Source of the DNA: an uncultured virus (IMG/VR IMGVR_UViG_3300048691_000212)
Lineage: Duplodnaviria; Heunggongvirae; Uroviricota; Caudoviricetes
Strand: one strand, 5' to 3'
Length of the DNA: 64,000 nucleotides
IMG/VR virus record: IMGVR_UViG_3300048691_000212
Shown: positions 58,502 to 64,000 of the stretch, in pieces
How positions within the stretch are numbered: position 1 is the first letter of the stretch
How the letters are laid out: every line of letters begins with the position of its first letter
Notes under the pieces: generated by a model
Told to the model about the DNA's origin: nothing
Databases searched by the model: none
The model's input: only the letters and a program-made list of their open reading frames with translations
Position numbers and translations under genes: made by a program

Positions 58502-59412
58502 TAAAACCAATGTTAGCTGAAGATTACGAGGAGGGTAGCTTAGTATTCCCTCTCTATCTTCAACCCAAAATAGACGGAGTGCGTTGTTTAAAATTAGAAG
58601 AATATCCCACAGGGAGATCTCTTAAACAACACGCTAACAAATACACTACACAATTTCTTAGTAATCCAATTTACGATGGGTTGGACGGTGAGCTAGCTGC
58701 TAGCTATGAAACTGACCCAGCTCTTTGTAGAAAGACTTCCAGTGCTCTTAGTACAAAAGAAGGTGAACCTAATTTAACTTGGCATGTCTTTGATATTATT
58801 AATAAATATACTAGAAATCTTATCTATAGTAGACGATATGAAGAATTAAAATTTAAGTTTAGAGAATGGGAAGTTTATAATAATGAAAATACAAAGGTAT
58901 TAAAATTAGTACCTACTGTAATGATTTATGACATTCAGCAGTTAAGATTAGAAGATACTAAGAACTTAGATAAAGGTTACGAAGGTAGCATTATACGTGA
59001 CCCTAATGGTTTGTACAAAGAAGGCAGAAGCACTGTTAAAGAAGGTGGTCTTCTGCGTATTAAACACTTCATTGAAGAAGATGCTACTGTATTGTCTGTT
59101 ATTGAGGGTGAGACTAATGGTAATGAGAAAGTTACTAATCTCTTAGGTAGAAGTGAGAGAAGTTCATACCAAGAGAACATGTCTTCCAATGGACTTATCG
59201 GTTCTTTAATTTGTAAGGATATTAAAACAGGTAAAAAGTTTATTTGTGCTGCTGGGACTTTAACAGTTGTTCAAAGAAAATTCTATTTTGAGAATCAACA
59301 TTTAATTGTTGGGCAGATAATCAAATACAAATACTTTCCTAAAGGTATTAAAGATAAACCAAGATTTCCAACATTTCAAAGTTTTAGAATAACAAGTGAT
59401 ATAATTATTTAA
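58498..59412 (+). CDS. minimal ATP-dependent DNA ligase
   Basis: PKIDGVR, LDGEL, VFDI, EGSIIR and PRFP motifs. Confidence 0.93.
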   Translation: MIKPMLAEDYEEGSLVFPLYLQPKIDGVRCLKLEEYPTGRSLKQHANKYTTQFLSNPIYDGLDGELAASYETDPALCRKTSSALSTKEGEPNLTWHVFDIINKYTRNLIYSRRYEELKFKFREWEVYNNENTKVLKLVPTVMIYDIQQLRLEDTKNLDKGYEGSIIRDPNGLYKEGRSTVKEGGLLRIKHFIEEDATVLSVIEGETNGNEKVTNLLGRSERSSYQENMSSNGLIGSLICKDIKTGKKFICAAGTLTVVQRKFYFENQHLIVGQIIKYKYFPKGIKDKPRFPTFQSFRITSDIII

Positions 59413-59430
59413 ATAAAAAAAAACATACTC

Positions 59431-59475
59431 TATTAATCACCCGCTAACCTATCAATGGTTAGCGGGTGATTAATA
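59431..59475. terminator. 19-bp hairpin between convergent genes
   Basis: tattaatcacccgctaacc/ggttagcgggtgattaata; TATG and T-run on minus. Confidence 0.8.
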
Positions 59476-59481
59476 TATTGG

Positions 59482-59916
59482 TTATTTCAAATTGAGCATT
59501 TCTTTGATATCGTCAACAGTTTTGATTTCTTTGGAACGAGTAACCCACTGATTAACGTCTTTGTCAAAGATATATTGTTCAGAAACAATGGTTGGCGCCA
59601 TTACACTAACTTGTGCAATAACATTTACCATACCTGTTTCTTTTGCAACAAGAAGAATATTTCGTCGTTGTTCATCTTGACAAAAATAAACATTTCCAAG
59701 TTTAAGTGTGGTAAATGGTACTACACAATCTTTGTGGTAATATTGTTGGTTTTCAATTTTCCACTGAGGATCAAAATCGACTGGCGGGTTTTTCCTTGGT
59801 CGCGTGAGTGGGTGGTAACATTGGTTACCGATACGCCATGTTGGGTCAAATTGTAAACGCAGTGTTTCTGGGTTATTGCAAATGTCGTTAAAAATTTGTT
59901 GGGCTGGATTGAGCAT
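59482..59916 (-). CDS. hypothetical protein with an internal FDP.W.I.NQ.Y duplication
   Basis: FDPTWRIGNQCYH / FDPQWKIENQQYYH. Confidence 0.6.
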   Translation of the reverse strand: MLNPAQQIFNDICNNPETLRLQFDPTWRIGNQCYHPLTRPRKNPPVDFDPQWKIENQQYYHKDCVVPFTTLKLGNVYFCQDEQRRNILLVAKETGMVNVIAQVSVMAPTIVSEQYIFDKDVNQWVTRSKEIKTVDDIKEMLNLK

Positions 59917-59956
59917 GATGATTTCTTAAAAACCTTAAATTTACTACAGTTATAAA

Positions 59957-60505
59957 CTAAATTTGAGTAACACTGCATTCTTCCACTAATCTTTCTAGTG
60001 TAAATACCCACAATGTTTTATTTCTGTTATGCGCAAAGAACTTACCTGGATAATATTCACTATGTTTATTATTACTTAATAACGTAGCTATTTCATCAAT
60101 ACTTTGTCTTTGGTTACAGAATGGAAATGCTTCACCAAGATCACTGTCGTAACAAATATATACTTGGTAATGGGTTAGTTCCTCAGGTAACCACACAGGC
60201 ATGTAATCTTCTTCGACAGGCCTAGGACCGGCATAATCAGTATACGTTGCATTTCCTTCTCTCATGGAGATAGGGATACCGTATTCTTTCGACCTTAGTT
60301 TCCAACCACCGTTATTATAATCGCGTAGAAAACCTTCTTTCCATTTAGCGTTACTTGTGTCCCAAGTAGATGATTGTTTTATCCAGTCTTTACCGTCTAG
60401 TAATTTAACATACGTATTTTTTGCTACTGGGTGTTTCCAGTCTGCTGATACTCTACGTATCATGATGTTTAATTCTTTACCTACACGATCTAGTATGCTA
60501 GTCAT
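59957..60505 (-). CDS. hypothetical phage protein
   Basis: RRV..DW.HP...P..EDYMP.W...E.TH.Q.Y pattern. Confidence 0.65.
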   Translation of the reverse strand: MTSILDRVGKELNIMIRRVSADWKHPVAKNTYVKLLDGKDWIKQSSTWDTSNAKWKEGFLRDYNNGGWKLRSKEYGIPISMREGNATYTDYAGPRPVEEDYMPVWLPEELTHYQVYICYDSDLGEAFPFCNQRQSIDEIATLLSNNKHSEYYPGKFFAHNRNKTLWVFTLERLVEECSVTQI

Positions 60506-60511
60506 GTCATT

Positions 60512-60874
60512 TTACTCATATTGATTTCTTGGAAAGCCTTTAGGTGTAGCCCACCAACTATTAAAAGGTTGGTCTTTTACCAAGTTTTCATTTGCTGGGA
60601 TTATGTCTATTACGGACAGGAGTTTGTCTATATCTCCGTCATATTCAAATAAAGGAATCCATTCAGAAGTCTCTCTGACATATCTCCAAGTAGTCTCATT
60701 CATTCCAGGAATAGAATTAAATTCTTCTTCCGTCAGATGAGAATTTTGTATTACTCCTAACCAGTTCTCATGAGAGAAGCCAAGGTGAGGACTATCTCGC
60801 AACGTTAGTATTTCAACTATTTCTTTATACGTATAAATAGTCCCGCATTTTGGATATATTTTATTCATCTTCAT
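60512..60874 (-). CDS. hypothetical protein
   Basis: 120-aa ORF. Confidence 0.6.
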   Translation of the reverse strand: MKMNKIYPKCGTIYTYKEIVEILTLRDSPHLGFSHENWLGVIQNSHLTEEEFNSIPGMNETTWRYVRETSEWIPLFEYDGDIDKLLSVIDIIPANENLVKDQPFNSWWATPKGFPRNQYE

Positions 60875-60911
60875 TTCCTTATTGTAAACAAGTTGTTATC
60901 TATCTCATGTT

Positions 60912-60931
60912 TATAATAAGTGGTTATAAAA
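60912..60931 (-). promoter_or_regulatory. candidate promoter ttttataacCACTTATTATA
   Basis: directly follows the 60952 hairpin on minus and precedes a new gene run. Confidence 0.5.
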
Positions 60932-60951
60932 AAATAAAATAAAGAAAGACT

Positions 60952-60991
60952 CTACACTCTACTAAGCTTGTTACCGCTTAGTAGAGTGTAG
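60952..60991 (-). terminator. 16-bp hairpin
   Basis: ctacactctactaagc/gcttagtagagtgtag. Confidence 0.75.
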
Positions 60992-61012
60992 GTATATTTT
61001 GTTAAGCTGGAA

Positions 61013-61849
61013 CTACTTTAAAGGGTCAATATTTTTACTGAACCATTCTGGTGTTATTTCTTCAAGAAGAATATTCTCTTTGAACAATTCTCTCCCCGTT
61101 CTTTTACGGCTAAAGAAACTGATATTTGTTTCAGGAGTAAATACTACCTCCCAGTACCCATAGTAGTAATCATCATAAAACATAATCGACCCACTAGCAC
61201 CGATAGCCACCAAGGGTAGGGGTAAAACATCAGGATATTTAGTCAAGAAAGTTTTTGCGAGCAAAACACAATTTTCGGTAGGCGGTTTCTCATCTTCACC
61301 TCCCCAGTTATGTTTGAAGCCTGAATACTCATTTAGTTTGTCATCTAAATGTTTTTTACCAGCTTCGCGCACTGCCTTTTGCTCAATTAACTTAATACGA
61401 AGAAAGTCACCTAACTTTGCAGAAGACTCCCTTTTAGTAAGAACTTCCTCACCGATAGGAATAGCCTGCACTAGGCTTTCACTGGTTTTTGTAGAATTAA
61501 AACCAAACTTAAACTCACCCTCCTTCTCAAGACAATCATCCAAGTGATGAGATTTGGTTGTCCTGGTTTCAATTAAACCAGTAGATCGTTCCACAAAAGC
61601 TTTAATGGCTTCATCTTGAAATAGAGCAGGGTAGTATTCCGTATTACTTACCATGAAATGATGTTCACCCGGAGTGGGTAAATCCTCACCGTACTTACCT
61701 TCCTGCCGCTCCAAATATTTCACTTCGTACAAATAGCCTTCTTTGTATCCGTAAAATTTGGCATTATGGTAAGTCAAAATGAGACTATCTCCACTGGAAA
61801 AAGTGGTCTTCATTTCGGTTATTACACTAGCTTTTTCTTCAATAGACAT
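61013..61849 (-). CDS. hypothetical protein
   Basis: 278-aa ORF. Confidence 0.65.
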   Translation of the reverse strand: MSIEEKASVITEMKTTFSSGDSLILTYHNAKFYGYKEGYLYEVKYLERQEGKYGEDLPTPGEHHFMVSNTEYYPALFQDEAIKAFVERSTGLIETRTTKSHHLDDCLEKEGEFKFGFNSTKTSESLVQAIPIGEEVLTKRESSAKLGDFLRIKLIEQKAVREAGKKHLDDKLNEYSGFKHNWGGEDEKPPTENCVLLAKTFLTKYPDVLPLPLVAIGASGSIMFYDDYYYGYWEVVFTPETNISFFSRKRTGRELFKENILLEEITPEWFSKNIDPLK

Positions 61850-61915
61850 GGTTGTTTCTTTCTAGAGTTAAATACCGTTTAAGTCTTCGTCTGTTTGGTG
61901 AGTAACCGTGTCGTC

Positions 61916-63310
61916 TTATTCACTTTCGCTTGCGCGATAGCTGTCAACGATAGGTTCCTCTCTTGAGTAATGAGGATTAGTCTGATACCCCATTTCTTCA
62001 CCAGCGCCAAGAGGAACTAAATCGGTTGTTCCATCCATGCAAGCACGTCCTTCGTCGCTGCCTCGTGCAGCGGAATACATAGCTGTACGAGAATGACCAC
62101 TAGAGTTAGTAAATGGATTAAGAGGATGCACGCCATTTAACAAATCAACTTTATTTTCTTCCGTAGTTCCTTCTGGTTCAGATGTATCAACAGGGTAGTC
62201 ACTGAACCGGTCTGCAAAATTACAGCTGTAATCTGAACCCTGGTCAGGAGTCAAAGTAGAGCCATCAGAATTCCTTTCCATTTCATCTTGGTGTTCTTTG
62301 GGAGCATTAAAACGTTGTTCAAAGTAGTGGCTATCATTCAAAAAATCTTCATCTCTGTACATTTCTTCGTACATAACTTTTTCAGCTGCTTCTGCCAGCT
62401 TGATAGGCATTAAAAATTTATTGAGTAAACGTTTAACGGCTTTGTTCAACTTTTGTTTACTGCACTTGACATACGACATATCACACCAATAATCACCAGG
62501 TACAAAACTTGTCTGCAATACCCCTTGTTTTAAAAGCTGTTCAATCAAAGCTTCTGTCTTCAAACACATTTCTGGTTTGATGTACTTAGAAACAACATGC
62601 ATAACCAAAGACCGGGTATCGCCAAACACTAAGTATTGCGACTTGTGTTTGGTAATTCCGTAAGACCCTTGATTGCGACGTTGTGATTTAGCAAACCAAT
62701 CTTCACGACCACCGCTGTTAACGTCGATTTTAATCTCACCGTCACCACGTTTGATGATCTTGGTTACCCAAGAAATGTTAATGCTTGTATAATGCAAACT
62801 TTCGATTTCAGACGGAATGTCAGTAATCAGAACGTAGCTGTTGACTCCATTTTGTACAACACCCTGCACTGTAAAACTAATAGGTTCTTGGTAGCTTACC
62901 TTTGCTTCACAGACAGTACCAATAGGGAAATGACCAACATTCCATTTTACTGGACGGTAATCGGGTGGATAGTTATCGTTAACAAAATCAACCAGTTCTT
63001 TAACAGTGGTGAGTTGTTTGAAATCCTTGAAGAAAACTTGAACATATTCGTCAACGGTAGAGATTTCTCCTTCTGGACATTCTTCGTTCACTTCAACCTT
63101 CAAGGGAAAGATTGTTGTTGATGTAACAAAGTCCAGAGGAATAGTATCTTCACCAAAGGAATACCGGTCTGAGAGAAAGAATACTTTCTTTTCATGATCA
63201 GATATGCAGTAGAAAGATCCGTGGTTGTATGCACGGGTCATAGCTTGCTGATTTGTCAGGACACCATAGTACAAAGAACTGTAGGTCCACAATTGTTTTA
63301 CTGTTAACAT
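61916..63310 (-). CDS. hypothetical protein with acidic disordered C-terminus
   Basis: 464-aa ORF. Confidence 0.65.
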   Translation of the reverse strand: MLTVKQLWTYSSLYYGVLTNQQAMTRAYNHGSFYCISDHEKKVFFLSDRYSFGEDTIPLDFVTSTTIFPLKVEVNEECPEGEISTVDEYVQVFFKDFKQLTTVKELVDFVNDNYPPDYRPVKWNVGHFPIGTVCEAKVSYQEPISFTVQGVVQNGVNSYVLITDIPSEIESLHYTSINISWVTKIIKRGDGEIKIDVNSGGREDWFAKSQRRNQGSYGITKHKSQYLVFGDTRSLVMHVVSKYIKPEMCLKTEALIEQLLKQGVLQTSFVPGDYWCDMSYVKCSKQKLNKAVKRLLNKFLMPIKLAEAAEKVMYEEMYRDEDFLNDSHYFEQRFNAPKEHQDEMERNSDGSTLTPDQGSDYSCNFADRFSDYPVDTSEPEGTTEENKVDLLNGVHPLNPFTNSSGHSRTAMYSAARGSDEGRACMDGTTDLVPLGAGEEMGYQTNPHYSREEPIVDSYRASESE

Positions 63311-63333
63311 TTCTCATTTCTCCTAAATAGTAT

Positions 63334-63543
63334 TTAATAAGCGAAGAACTCCGAATCAAAAACAATCTCTTGGACTTTGTCGTTGAGTTCAGAAAGAGAC
63401 AAAGTCAGTTCTTTGGATGGTTCTTGTGGAATGTTGGTGACGTTGAAAGGAATGCCTTTATCACGCACCAGCGCTTTAGCTTGAGTAACAGCATCAGCCA
63501 CGGAGTACTTCTTTACAGTACGTTCAGAAAAGGTGTAGTTCAT
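63334..63543 (-). CDS. small protein, paralogue of 9901-10110
   Basis: shared motifs and equal length (69 aa). Confidence 0.75.
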   Translation of the reverse strand: MNYTFSERTVKKYSVADAVTQAKALVRDKGIPFNVTNIPQEPSKELTLSLSELNDKVQEIVFDSEFFAY

Positions 63544-63564
63544 TTAAGTTTGAGAGTTAGGTTT

Positions 63565-63999
63565 TTATGTCGCAGCTGTATTAGTTTTTTGCGTTAAAAA
63601 AAAATCACAGACTTCACCAACTGGGACAGGACTTCCTCGTTCTTCCAAAATTTCTTCTAGTGTTTGAGGCTGAATCTTTTTAAGAATACCAGTCACGCAA
63701 AAATCTTTGGAAAGAAGATTAGCTAAACGTTGTGCTTCTTTCTCAGCTTCTTCAAATGTTTTATGTACCATTGGCTTAGTGCTAAAGAAAGGTTTCCAAC
63801 CATCTCTTAACGCACCAACAACAAAAGAACGTTTATGTACTTTGTAAGAAAAGTTACTTTCTTTAATGGATTTTACACTGAACTTGTGTGCTCTTTTATA
63901 AGCAGCCCAAGCTATTTCTACATGTGAAAATTTATAACCACCGTCTTTAGCGTGCGACACATCGGCACCAGGACTAAAAAGAATGTAAAACTTTTCAAA
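63565..63999 (-). CDS. hypothetical protein, probably starts beyond the window
   Basis: the frame stays open upstream of 63960 to the edge; P..H.T.EEA.KEA.RLA motif. Confidence 0.6.
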   Translation of the reverse strand, partial: FEKFYILFSPGADVSHAKDGGYKFSHVEIAWAAYKRAHKFSVKSIKESNFSYKVHKRSFVVGALRDGWKPFFSTKPMVHKTFEEAEKEAQRLANLLSKDFCVTGILKKIQPQTLEEILEERGSPVPVGEVCDFFLTQKTNTAAT

Positions 64000-64000
64000 G

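Noticed and set aside
1089..63597. Many short antisense ORFs in the track (e.g. 4568-4816, 29645-30007, 43568-43963, 48673-48996, 57199-57555)
   Set aside because: They are shadows of longer genes with recognisable motifs on the opposite strand.
1..64000. Integrase, transposase, homing endonuclease or intein
   Set aside because: No such motifs recognised in any ORF.

Overview
AT-rich, densely coding segment of a phiKZ-like (Chimalliviridae-type) jumbo myophage; most genes are on the minus strand. The right half holds the conserved phiKZ-type block: N-terminal half of a split family-B DNA polymerase, ATP-dependent ligase, baseplate-like genes and paralogous internal head proteins with S/A/G-x-E cleavage motifs. 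The middle holds a large tail fibre/adhesin module. The left holds small accessory genes: dCTP deaminase, DHH, SLOG, NADAR-like, DUF4326, macro-like, three wHTH paralogues and a GT2 glycosyltransferase. The most striking element is a ~2.2 kb ORF-free interval (~2155-4345). It is packed with hairpins carrying minus-strand GNRA loops, has nested pairing between its ends and a possible pseudoknot, and lies between a candidate promoter and a perfect 17-bp terminator-like hairpin. It looks like one very large structured non-coding RNA. Also notable: 16 long intergenic hairpins, 11 followed by TATG on the minus strand, and a gene missed by the ORF track that is interrupted at a UUU-UUU-UAG slippery stop. 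All family calls come from motifs read by eye, and phiKZ gp numbers from recalled synteny; no searches were run.
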